Origin: Yuukianura sp. NJ FZ-2021
Taxonomy: Eukaryota
Length of the DNA stretch: 64,000 nt
Assembly: GCA_046563655.1 (NCBI GenBank)
Contig: CM102286.1
Span: 14,570,001 to 14,634,000 of the forward strand
Direction: 5' to 3'
The notes below the pieces were generated by a model. The model saw only the letters and a list, made by a program, of their open reading frames with translations, made no database searches and was not told where the DNA came from. Below are positions 12,384 through 24,580 of the stretch, in pieces; position 1 is the stretch's first letter, and every line of letters begins with the position of its first letter. The position numbers and the translations under genes were made by a program.

Positions 12384-13323
12384 AAAATAGTTTCAAAAAA
12401 GTTAGAATTTCAAAGCTAGTTAAAAATTAGTTAAAACTTGGTACAATAATAAATTAAAAAATAAAAACTCCTGCGTTGGTTTTGGAAAGCAAAAAGAGGA
12501 TTTTTATTCATTTTTTTATATTTTGGGTTTTGAAATAAATGTGAAATAAAATTTTGAAGCTTTTTTAAGTAGTATATGGCCACACAGTGTAAATTTTAAA
12601 ATACTGTCAGTAGATTTTGTGAACAAAAATTGGAACAACATTAATCCAGCTCATTGCAACTTAATCCGTTAGTAAGCATTTTTCAGTCTAACATTAAATC
12701 TAATTAATTACAATTAACCAGTGTTAATTAACATGCTTTTTAACTATACTTTTGGAATAAACTTTTAACTGTCCATTTTAGACTAAAGCTGTACAGTTTT
12801 TTTGGAACACCGAGCTGCCAACAAGGTCAAAGACGAGGTCACGAGGTCCCTACGTCCAACATACCTAGTCTTAACAAGTCCATTAACTTAACATGGGTTA
12901 ATTAACACCTAACAAGTTCCTAATTAACACCTACTTCTTAAGTTAATTAACATTTAAGTCAATTAAACTAACATTTTGTCGATTAACGTAGTTAGTAGTT
13001 TCTACAAAAAATCTAGACACAAGACTCGTATTTTGTTAACAACTCCACAGAAATACTAAAAGTGGTTTCATTTTTTTCTTAAATTTAACACGAAGTTATT
13101 ATTAGTTTATACATTTTTATTTTAAATTTTCAATTTTGGATGAATCAAAAAACTAAAATTGTTTTTTAAATGTTAACGTTCGATTTATGGAAAAACAAAG
13201 TTTTTTAACTTTTAACTTTTTAGTGTTTTGAAAAGAGGGGGAAAGGAAAGTGGGGGATGTTTTTTTTTTTCGTTTTTTGTGACTTTTTTGATTTGAAATT
13301 TTTGAAATGCTGAACATTTTTGA

Positions 13324-16300
13324 TTATTTACTTTCAAAATACATGTATGTAGGATTTACGTAGCCATTTACTTGCATATTATGGACATGTTTTTCTTCTG
13401 GAGTGGTTGTCTTCTCATTCAACAAATTCGGTGGGTTCACAGCCAGGAAATCCTGCCCAGAAAAGACAAAAAGTTATCAAAATTTGCGCTTAACTAACTG
13501 AATTAATCGATTACTCGATTAATTCATATTAATCGATTAACTCACGTAGTTTCTGGTAGCAGCTCCTCTCTTTCTCAAAATGATCAAGCCAATGACCATG
13601 GAGACGAAGATGATAATCCCACCAAAGGACATGACGACGTAGATGGACTTGTTAGCATGGTACACCTCACGGTGGACCGAGAAAGTCTGAAATTTTGAAA
13701 ACCAAATTTTGAAAATCAAAATTTTGAAATTTTTTGAAAATTTTACCCTGGCATCCTGTTGGAATTCATTGCTGATCGAATGTGAGTTGTGGATTTCATT
13801 GTTGTAGTAAGCCTCGGCTGGTTCTGGCGTCGACTGTTCCTTCTGGACACTGTTGACGGGTTCCTCCGTGAACTGAATAATGTCGCCATCGTCTGCTTCG
13901 GTGGTCGCCGTAGGCGGAGTCAATGTCGTCGTCGTGGATGAAATGGGCGGAGCCAATGTCGTTCCAGCATTTTCAGCTCCTCCCGTTGTCCTCGTCACTC
14001 CACGAATGTCGTCAATCAGTTTTGCATTTTCCTCGGCCGTTCCCAGCAGTTTGTCATCATTTGAGTGTCCTTGAAGACTCAAAATGTAGTCTTCTATGAG
14101 TGGACGAAGCTCAACATTCAGTTTCGGGTACCTTTGGACACAAAAAAAAGATTAGCATACAATTCAAAATTTCGAAATTTGAATTTCGAAGAACAATGAA
14201 AATGGTAAATTTTGGTTATCGTGCCTCTCCAACATGTCCAATGACTCTTCGGCTGTTCGACTGATGCTATTGAGTCGATGAATAATGAATTCGGGATCTT
14301 CGTCTCTCGAGTGTTTGAAGGAGTTCAAAGTATGGTGTCTGTCTTTGTATAGAACTCGCACGAGTTTTTGCAAACACTTTCTGACACGGTGGAGCTAAAA
14401 ACAAAAAAATGGCGTCAGATTTTGAATTTTGATAACCTAAAACTTTGCAGAACCAAGCAAATAAACATTTGATCCGAAAACATGAAAGCCAAAAAGTCGA
14501 AATCGATAAAAAATCAATAACGGAAAAAAACAAGCGAGTGACTCACAATTTGCGGTCGTTCATTTAGACTTTTCGTGTAGCATTCCATGGATTCCTTTTT
14601 CTTTTCATTGAGGTGACTGAAAAAACAAAGAAAAAAAAACTTTTTAGTTACTTTAAGATTCGAACCTACGACTACAACTTAGGCAACGTCGCGTTAATCC
14701 AGTTAGACGCGTTAATACATTTTTTAACTTTCGTCACCTCTGGATTCGTTGTTGATGAAGAGCCAGAAGTTGTTTCTTCTCTGCTACGGATTCTTCTTCC
14801 AAAGATTTTATTGTTTTCTGAAATCTGAAAAAAAAATTTTTTTTTGGAAATTTTTTTTTCTGAAATTTTTTTTTATTAGATTCCACATTCCATTTGGAAA
14901 AGTGGTATCAAATCATGAGGAGAAAGGTTCATGACACGCTCTTCTGTTCAATCGCTGTTTTTCTAAGAAACTGTTTTTTTGGCAAGAAGCTTTCAATTAC
15001 TTTAAGTGTTTGTGTTTGACCAGCTCCGCAGCGAAAATCAGCGATTGCGCTGACCTGACTTACCTAAGCGTGACTTCATGTTTGAAATCTTCAGCCTTCT
15101 TGACATCCGTGACTCGAAGTCCTTGATAGCGATCTACAGTAAACAAAAATGCATTAACTTTTCATAATTTTGAAATTTTGATAAATTTTTCAAAAATTAC
15201 CTTCGAGAACGTTCCAGTCGTTGATGACATGGTTGATGCGAGCTTTGTGGCGATTCTCCAAGCGATCCTCAGCGTCCAAGTAGTTTTGATGCTCGTGGTG
15301 AACGTCGTAGCGTTGGTAGTATGGATCCAATGTCGGAGGAGGCGGAGTCGTCGTCGTCGTGGTTGTTGTCGTGGTGGTCTGCGGACTCGTCTTGGACATG
15401 TCATATGTATCTAGCCATACAAAACCAAAGATGAAATTCGGAAAAAAATAAAGAGCCGAGTGGGACTCGAACCCATATCTGTTCAATCCGGGAAGAGCTC
15501 TAACCACTGAGCTACCAGGTTCCATTTTTTTTTGTGTTACCGTCATCATCATCCTCGTCGTCGTCATCCTCTTCACTGCTGTCATAGTCGTCATAGTCTT
15601 TTGGACAACAAACGAACTCCACTCCGGTGAAGACCCCGACGCCACAAGGCAGCAAAACTCCATAAGATTTGAGCGTGTAGCTCCTCTTTTCGCACTCAGT
15701 TGATGCAATTTGATTCCAGGTTTTTCCGTTCCAGCAACTCGTGTTGTGGAGATGGTCGAAGAGGCAGGAGTTGGGAACGAGGAGAGCATCGCTTTGGAAG
15801 GGGGACTCTAAGCACTTGTATGACTTCAACCAGAATCTGGACTTGGTTCCAGTGGTGGCGCTGAACGTGATTTGTTGGTTGTGGTTCGACTCCACGACAT
15901 TGTTGATCGTCCGAGTAGGATAGAGACGCTGGCAGAGAGACAACAGTTCCGTCGTGGAGGTCAAGCAAGTTGTGTTGAGGGGGTCAGGAATCCAGCTATT
16001 CGATGCTGGAGAGAAGTAGGAGTTCACGTAGGTCACGGGAGTGGCTGAAGGCGTACAGTACGTGGCGACCTGGAAACAAAATTTAACAATTTTAAACAAA
16101 AATTTCAGAATTTTAAGCAGAAAGTTCAGAATTTTAAACAGGAATTGGAGAGTTTTAAACAAACCTTCCTGATTTTTTAAACTAAAACGTCAGATTTTTA
16201 ACTAAAATGTAAGATTATCAGAATTTTAAACAAAAATTTCAGCATTTTAAACAAATTCGCCTGTTTAAACCGACACGTCAGATTTTAAAATTAAATCGTC

Positions 16301-16705
16301 AGCTTTTTCCAAATCTTCTGAAATGTTTCAGATTTTTAAAAAATTGGTCATAATTTGTCCATATTCAAAGTTAAGTTGGAAATTTTCTTAAATATTTCAT
16401 GCATTTTAGTGGTTTCAAAATTTGAATTTTTAAAAAGTAGCAAAATATGTCACTATTATCATTGTTATCAAAATTCCGGTTAAGTTTACCTGCGGTTCGA
16501 ATGTTGACTTTTCATTTGGAATCTGTGCTGCCTGGATGTGCTGGATCTAGAGCAAAGGTCAAAGGTCACCACTTCACTTTCCACTCTTCCATGACTCATA
16601 CAAAGTCACACCTTCAAGTGTTATTGCCAAAACCACCAAATAAAAAAAGTGTAAAAAAGTACTTACCAGCACCAGAGCTCCAACTACTGTCAAAATTCCG
16701 TTCAT
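13324..16705 (-). CDS. Appl: Amyloid precursor protein family member (APP/APPL)
   Basis: Signal peptide exon MNGILTVVGALVL, EPQVATYC, E1 CuBD motif SDALLVP..C.FDH...LLPCG...GVEFVCCP, an acidic/Thr stretch, E2 helices (ALHQQR, KDRHHT), one TM segment and a tail PEEKHVHNMQVNGYVNPTYMYFE. Confidence 0.92.
15453..15523 (-). ncRNA. tRNA-like Pol III element (degenerate tRNA or tRNA-derived SINE) inside an APP intron
   Basis: Reverse complement has an A-box/D-arm TAGCTCAGTGGTTAGAGC and a B-box/T-arm GGGTTCGAGTCCC, followed by an oligo-T tract. The acceptor and anticodon stems are mismatched. Confidence 0.6.
16075..16295. repeat. Degenerate ~21-bp tandem repeat, intronic
   Basis: Repeated units resembling aaatttcagaattttaaaca. 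Confidence 0.65.
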
Positions 16706-18736
16706 TTTGTCCACTTTTTAGCAGTTTCGTAAAATCTATTGATCTTCGGCGTGTCAAAGGTCAAAAAACGACCAGAATTTTACATGATGAGGATCACCTT
16801 ACTAATTGGCAAAAAGATGAAGTACTATGTGTGTGGGTGTTACTGCAACTGATCTTCTCCCTATACAGAGATCAACTTTTCAAAAACAGAGATGAGGAAG
16901 ATTATTGTTTAGCCCAACCTCTTTTTTTACATGAACTACGTAGACACTCTCCCACCGTGGTGTGTCCTTGGCTATGCCTTTGCAAGATCCTCTTATGTCC
17001 AAAGTGTTTCGCCTTGGACTCGAGTGGGCCACTCGGAAAATAAGAAGTAAAAGTCGGTGTCCTTGGACAGGAGTTGAGAAGGAATTGTGCGTAGGAGGGG
17101 CCCTTAGAAGATGAAAGTGAGTCCCAGGGGGCCCTTTGTTCTGTGGTGAGCCCTTAAGGAGAGAGAAAGTCCACGAATGGCAGCTGGATTAGAACAACAC
17201 AAAGGAGTGAAAAGTGAAAAGCGTTTTAGGAAATGACTTTAGAGAGAAAATAAATATGACGGACCTGGGCTGTGCTTCTTCCAGAAAATCTGGGGAGGTT
17301 CCCTTCTTGTTTCTGGAAGCTTTTTAGCTTAGCTTTTTAGTCTCCCCAAACTTCGACTTGGTTTCATCTTCATCGATTTCTTGCCACTTCGGCCATTTTC
17401 GGAAACTTTCGTTAAGTTTCAAGTGCCAGGTTGGTGGGTGCCCCTCGTCATCGTCACCGTCATAGGTATTTCCCTCCGACTTAAAAAAGTTCTTGGAGAT
17501 GCGTAGTTTGGAGTTTAGTTTCCTGGAAGGGGAGACAAAAAAAGTGAAAGTGAAAAATGCACTAAAAGAGAAAGTTTGGGGAAAGACAAAACTCACGGCG
17601 TCGTCGCACGGTTTCTTACGCAGTAGAACAGCGTCGACCAATCAGCGTCCGAGATTTAACCGCCACAGCGTCCTCAGCCTTATCCACATGAATCCAATGT
17701 GATCTCTAGAAAAAAGCCGGTAGATGAAGAAAATCTTTCAGTTCTAGAGACATGAGTGTTTTGACATCTTCAAATCTGTAACAAAATTTAAAAAAAATCA
17801 AAACAAGGAACATTTGTAAAAAAAAAACTATGAAAAAGTTATTACCGTCATGAATTATCCTTAAGTTGTGCGTCATAGGCAAAAAACCAAAGACGCTCTC
17901 AGCCAGTGAACAAAAAAATTGGAAAGTTTGCAATAACTTTTTTTTAAAGTTTTAGAAAAGTGAAATTTTTTAAAGACTAAACCTCTTTTATTATAATATA
18001 TTGAATAATTTAAATTAAGGTGTGTGATGTTATAGTTGTGGATTTATAATAATAGTTGAGAAGTAAAAGTAAAATTCCACCCAAGTTGTAGGCTTTTTTC
18101 CAAAAACCAAAACTAATAAGCGCGTTTCAACTCAAGGACTAAATGAGCCGAAAAACTAAAAGTTTTCTAGAGTCTACTGGGATGCAAGATTGACGTTAAA
18201 ATTAACAAACTAGAAATTACATTTCAAAAACCTTGTTTGAACAAGGAAGCGAAAAGTTAAAAATATTTGAACAATCACACAATCATGTCAGTCAGAAACA
18301 ATTCAATTCAAGATTCAGAATTATTGCATAAATTCTTTGTCAAATTAACTACAGAAAAAACTAAAATTGAAAATTTTCTAACGGGTGGAACTTTTCAAAT
18401 TTTTCTACTTTCCCTAACTTTGCAGTTTTTTTTTTAGTTTTTTGAATTTGGAAAACAGAAAACCAGGAAAGGCATGAATTTTTGAAGTGACTGAAATCAA
18501 TAAACCTCTGTTTGGAGTGTCTAATTGTTAAACTTAATTGTTAATTGTTAACTTAACTCTGCTATTAGTTTTGAAAATAAAAGGGGGAAAATATCCATCT
18601 TTTTATACACATGCTCGCACTTCGTGTCCAGAATTTGTCAAGAGTCCAACATGCGCAATCCTTCCAACACTTTTCATGAATCCATAGCCTCTGTATCTTG
18701 GCCATGGTCAAGGTCAAAGGTCATTGACCTTTGACC

Positions 18737-20798
18737 TTAGTAATCGAAGAGGTCACCCAGCCCTTCATCGTCGCCTAAAGTAAAGTTATAACTGACGAGG
18801 TCATTCTCCAACTCCATAAATCCAGGAGACAGGGGAGGAGAAGGTGTCATTTGAACCACCTTACAACTTCCAGGAGTTGGACCTAAGAAAAACATGTTTT
18901 TAAAAATACGAAACTTGAAATTTTGAAAATAATTTCGAAATGAATTTTTTGAAAGTTACCGTCGATTAGTAGAGGTTTGACATCCGGAGCAGTTTGTTGT
19001 CTGATAATCCCGTTGCGTCCATCCTCTTCTGGAACCAAGTAAACACCGATTTCTCCTGCCGTTGTCTTCATGTGCATTTGAAGGAGCCCTTTGTTCGTCT
19101 CCGGCGGTGGGACCGTGAGAGCCGTGCTTGGTGGGGCCTTTATCAGGAGCAACGTTGACTTGGTAAAGGCAGGAAGTTGTTTCAAATCATTGTTTGTGAC
19201 GTAGGCCCATCGTTTCTCATCAGTAATTGACGACATTGAGTGTTCCAAATGTTTCATCCAAGCGTCAATCTAGGAGACACAAAAACAGTTATCAAAACAA
19301 GAGTTAAGTTAAATGAGTTTTAACCAGGATCAACTTCAACTAAAGTATAAACAAGTGTAATTGAATCGGCAATTCGGCTGTCATATGATCCTGATAGTGA
19401 GAGAGTAATGTTCATGGGAACTTTTCTACAACTTTATGACAAAATAGTAAAGTCGTAAAATTGACATTGAATTTTCAATTTGAACATAAATTTTGAGAGT
19501 AATGTGAATACCTCGTCCTCCTTCTTCTGGAGCAACGCAATTTCTCTCTCCAGTCGAACTCGTTTCGGCTGATTTTCCTTCTGTTGCAACAACCCGGAAG
19601 CGGCAAGAGTTCCATTTGGAGACAATTTGTCACTGAAAACAAAACACAATATTAGTTTTGTAAACAATCACATGACTATTAAGTTCAGACAAAATTAAGT
19701 CTGCAGAATTCTTAATGGTTGAGCTGAAACTGTTACCTCCACTGAATGTGATTCTTGGACTTTTTACTGAGCACTCCGATTCCCTCGAGTACATTAGTAA
19801 TGTCGTAGATTCGTCGTTTTTGTACTTGGAGTGACCTTGCAGCTGAGTTCAAGTCCAACGACTCTCCGGCGACATTTGGTATGAGGGAAATAAAGCGTTT
19901 CGTTAGTGAAGATAGGCTGGAGTCAATCCGGGTCTTCTTTGGACTCGAATCCAAATCTAACTTCCGTTTCACAGGTTTTCCAGGAGGGATTCGCTGGAAC
20001 TGCGTCTGTTGGTGATAGATTGCTGAGGCTGACGTGATTTGACCTAATGGTTGCATAAACAAACAAAAAGTAATCAGTAATTAGAACCGCAGAAGACTAG
20101 AACATGTGAGTTTGTATAACTAGAGCCAAAGAATCGTAACTCGTAGCTAAACGATGAGCTGACGTTTAGCTGGATTCTTCGAAGAGTGGATAGTGACCTA
20201 GAACTGCTGAGCGTTTATGAAGCCGGGTGACCTTGACCTTGAGGTCAACAAACTAGGTCATTCGGTAAAATCCAACTAAAAACATCTACGTCATGCCTTT
20301 CATATGTTCTGCAAGTATTCAGCCAGTTAGCATGCAAGTATCGTGAACAAAGCGTGCCGGTAAGCTCGGTTAGCAACAGCGACGCGGAGTCCGGCTGACA
20401 ATCTGAGCCGAAACGTCGTGAAATTCCACGACGCAGAACTACTGAAATTCCTGGCCGTATGAAATTGTAGACACAGCGACTCCAGATCCACGTTCCACCG
20501 ACGTTTCAGCCTTCGGCGACACATCGTAAATCTAATTTCTAAAATTTTGGGGGAGGGGCCAGTAGGACCGCCTCCAATCACCTGGTGGACCGAATCTAAA
20601 TTAGTCAATTAAGGAGTACTGCGTACCTCTGGGCGTAACTTCGTTGATGATTTTGACAGAAGTGCCCGTTAGCGGACTTCCATTTGCACTCTGGAGCAGC
20701 AGTAGAGCTTCAGCACCTTCGCTGGTCTCTGGCGTAATGATGATGTCCCGATATGTCGTGCTGGACGGGGTTGACGGTGGGACTTTTTCGCGAGGCAT
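18737..20798 (-). CDS. E2F: Activator-type E2F transcription factor
   Basis: PVKRKLDL (cyclin A/NLS-type motif), DNA-binding domain SLSSLTKRF...[26 protein letters not shown], dimerisation/marked box AYVT..D...IKAP..T.L, and an Rb-binding tail [16 protein letters not shown]. The start exon is inferred from a matching splice phase. Confidence 0.88.
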
Positions 20799-22222
20799 AG
20801 TTTCGGATCCACCGGGCAAGAGCCACCAAGGGGGTTTATGAGGGGTCTGAGGGGGGTTCTGAGGGTCCTTTGAAGGGGTCCTTGGCCAAAGTGACAGAAG
20901 TAACCTGGGTAATTGAGTGGAGCAGCAGTCGGGTAGACAGGAAGAGGCAAGGGAGTTTTGAGTGGTGTTTAAAGTCTGATGTTTACCGTGTCTCCTCGTC
21001 ACTATTTTTTGGAGGGAAGTATTAAAGGGAAGAGGAAGGAGATTCACACAGGCAGAAACTTATCGCGCTCACGAACAGATGGAGAAGTGCCCGAAAATAT
21101 TTAGACAACTGCACAGTATTCAGGAGAAAATTCTTAGAAATAATCAAACTTATTGAAAATCTGGGAAAAAGCGTATTTGATTCCATTTTGTAATGTACTT
21201 TATTTTAAAAAGATTTTTATGTACACGTACAATATGTGCCGGCACAATACTAAACGTCTTTTCGGATAAACTTTGAACACAAATATCCAAAATTTTGAAT
21301 AGGAATTGAGTTTTACAGAAGCAATTTTATACTAAACTGTTGTCGCCAACTCCGATTGTGCGAACAACAATAAAGTTAATGCTTCGTATCTCACTTCCCA
21401 TGTTTTCCAATTTGTAATTAGTTTTTATACCATCCATTTTGTGCTAAAACACAAAAGTTTCTAGCAGTTTTAACGTGGTTTTTAGTTTTGGAAATGTTTA
21501 AAATTAAAAAGCTCATTAAAAGTTCTAACTTCAGGATTCGCCCATATCTACCTCTAAAAAATTTAATCAATTAATATTTTTTATTAAAAACAGACGGTGC
21601 AATGGTCTGAACAAAATAATTTAACTTTGGCGAAAAGTGCCAATATGGCGCTGTTCTCACAAGATGGCGCTACAGCGTTTTCAAAAACAGTGAAACCGAC
21701 GCTACTGAGGCCACAATTCAGAAGCGCCTACCCTATTGTTCCACAAATTCGCATTAGTATCGAGCAAGCCAAAACATGAATTTTGCACGAACTTTCCCCT
21801 TGAATTTCACACCTTCATCCAAAGTAGCGTTCATCCTTAAGTTCACATGTATGAAACTTGTTTCAGATCACAGATTCTGAAGAATGGCCTACAAAAGATC
21901 ATCTTCTCCATTCCCCCCGGGGGTAAAAATCACCAAATATTTGACTCTCTCCCTTCGTACTTGGCAGTATTAAGTAACCTCAATTTCAGTAGGTTTTTCA
22001 ACAGTTGTTTGCAGTGGACATACGGAAACGAACAGTTTGTTTTACTCTATTTGTTCCGTTTTCTTAACTTTTCAAAAAAACAGTTTTTAAGTTCAACTTT
22101 TCATCATTTCAAAAAAATATCTTGTGTCATCTCAGTTTTTTCCCACGGTTTTCAACCAAAATCTCTGCTGAACTTTACTTTTTCTTATCGTGATCCCGTT
22201 TTCCCCACAGACTTTTGTCAAA

Positions 22223-23849
22223 ATGGAATCCGGTCCGATTGTTTCCGACGGAAGTGAGCAAAGTACTGCCAGCATCGACAGTACTGCCAGCATCTTCTGG
22301 CCAATGTCTCCCGCCAAATTCAACTACGTTCCAACCGTGGAGTGGATGGCTCGTAACTACCACTATTCATTCCTTGTGGTGGTGACCTACTTGACCTTGT
22401 GTCACTTTGGACCAAAGTTGATGGCCAACCGAAGTCCCCTGGCCCTTAAGTGGCAACTCTTCGTCTGGAACTTTGTTTTAAGTGCCTTCAGTATCATCGG
22501 CACTAGTTATACTCTGGTGGAGATGATCCAATTATTGTGGACCAAAGGGCTCTATGACAGCATCTGTGATAGTTGGTAAGGGCCCCCTTAGCTGCTAAGG
22601 CTCCCCTGTGGCCACATCACTCCAACACACAAAAACTGAATTAAAACATCCCGCGGAATCCAATTTATCCAAGGGCTCAAGGGGTTTCATAAAACATCGA
22701 CAGAATGGACCCTCAATAACTTCAGTTTAATCAAATTTTCAAAAAATTCCCGGCGGGAAAACCAAAAAACTTCATTTTAATCTCGTTTTCAAAAAATTCC
22801 CAGAGGAAAAAAGTAAAATTTTAATAAACACCCCCAATTTCTCCAAAATTTCTAATTCTTGTCTGAGCATGTGCATATACGAGGCTAAAAAATTTCGAAA
22901 ATACTAGCACATTATGATATGCAGTTTTGAAAAAATTAATTTTATTCAAATTCCAAATTATTTCTCAGCGAGAGTAGAAAATTTACTACAATCTACTACG
23001 AAGAAAAACGACATACGAAATGTCGCTGCGCGCACATGTCTATTTTTCCTCAAATCGGCATTTTAGAAACTTTTGTTTAAAAAATTACAGTTTTTATTTG
23101 ATTTTTTTTCAAAAGTTCATGTTTTTATTATATTTTTTCAAAATTTCAGTTCTTCTGTGAGTCCTTCATCGGCCTACTTTGCCTGGTTGTTCGTCCTGAG
23201 CAAAGTGATTGAACTTGGAGATACGGCATTCATTGTTCTACGAAAACGAAAACTAATTTTCCTCCACTGGTAACAATACAAAAATAAAAATTGAAATTTA
23301 GAATTCGAAACACAAAAGCTCATTTCCAAAATTCAAAAAAAGTTCCTTTGTTCCACAAAAGTTGGCTCGTGTTGTACAATTAAAATTTAAAATAGGTATC
23401 ACCACTGCACTGTTCTTCTGTACACTTGGTACTCCTACTCTGAATATATTGCTCCTGCAAGGTGGTTTGTTGTCATGAACTACACAATTCACTCCATAAT
23501 GTACACTTACTATGCTGTCAAGGTAACCACCACTTTCAATGAAATTTCAACATTTGAAATTCAAAAAAGTTTACTTTTTAATAACTTCCAGTGTCTCCAC
23601 TTTCGAATTCCGCGCTTCATCCCCCTTGCCATTACGACTTTGCAGTTGAGTCAAATGGTCGTAGGAATTCTGATCAACGTCTATGCTTATGCAGCCAAAT
23701 CACAAGGAATTGAATGCAACGTGTCCAAACAAAACTTGGAAATTAGTTTTCTCATTTACGGAAGTTACGCTCTACTGTTCTGGCACTACTTCAGAAACAG
23801 CTACTTGCAGCACAAAGGTCACAAAGGTCAACGACACAAGAGCGACTGA
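22223..23849 (+). CDS. Very-long-chain fatty acid elongase (ELOVL6/baldspot-like), 4 exons
   Basis: [63 protein letters not shown]. Confidence 0.9.
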
Positions 23850-24047
23850 CCTCTGACCTTGAAGTCACGTGACACTAAATTATTCAAATTTTGATATCCA
23901 ATCTAGATTTTCATAACATTACTAAATAAAAATTTACAATAAATTACAAACGAAGTAGTCAATTTTATCTCCCCAAAAATATCTCAAGCTAAAAAATACC
24001 TCAACCTATAGTGAAATCCAGATATTTTTTTCTAATACCTAGAAATT

Positions 24048-24372
24048 CTTGTAGGAGATATATTTCTGAGATAAAGTGGTTGGAGACATACGTCGGAGAT
24101 AGCTACTGTGGGAATTGCCGGAGATATATTTCTGAGATATCTTGGTAGGAGATATATTTCTGGGATATCTTGGTATGAGATATATTTCTGAGATATTTTG
24201 GTGGGAGATATATTTCTGAGATATCTACGATGTTGGTAGGATTTTTCGAGATATCTACCATGTCGGTAAGAGATATGTTTCTGAGATGCCTATATATCGT
24301 TATCGCCGACTAAGAGATAGGCTTAAGAGATATGTATCGGAGATATCTTGGCTGGAGATATTTTGGAGAGAT
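24048..24372. repeat. ~28-bp minisatellite between ELOVL and the 3' end of Delta
   Basis: Repeated unit ggagatatatttctgagatatcttggta, decaying at both ends. Confidence 0.8.
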
Positions 24373-24580
24373 AAAATTGGGTTCAGCGATAGTACAATAC
24401 ACAACTCAAGTAAATTTTTACTCAAATATAACAAATATCAGTTGAGTGAGGATGGAGGACGCCGTAAGAAACAAAAGATCGGCTCCTCATTGCGTCTTTA
24501 CAGTATTTGTGGTAAAGTTATAGTCTATTTTCCATAGTTAACAAAGTTTTAGTCAATAATTTGTAGACTTTGGGTTAACA

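Noticed and set aside
16447..17043. 198-aa plus-strand ORF
   Set aside because: It lies antisense to APP exons 1-2 and the 5' region, has no recognisable motifs and is probably a chance ORF.
20327..20608. Possible extra E2F exon or ORF
   Set aside because: The flanking E2F exons already join in phase without it, and no suitable donor or homology is visible.
22140..22147. Su(H) site CGTGGGAA (minus strand)
   Set aside because: A single unpaired 8-mer is expected by chance in 64 kb.
24048..24372. CRISPR-like appearance of the 28-bp repeats
   Set aside because: There are no unique spacers and no cas genes, and the context is eukaryotic. It is a minisatellite.
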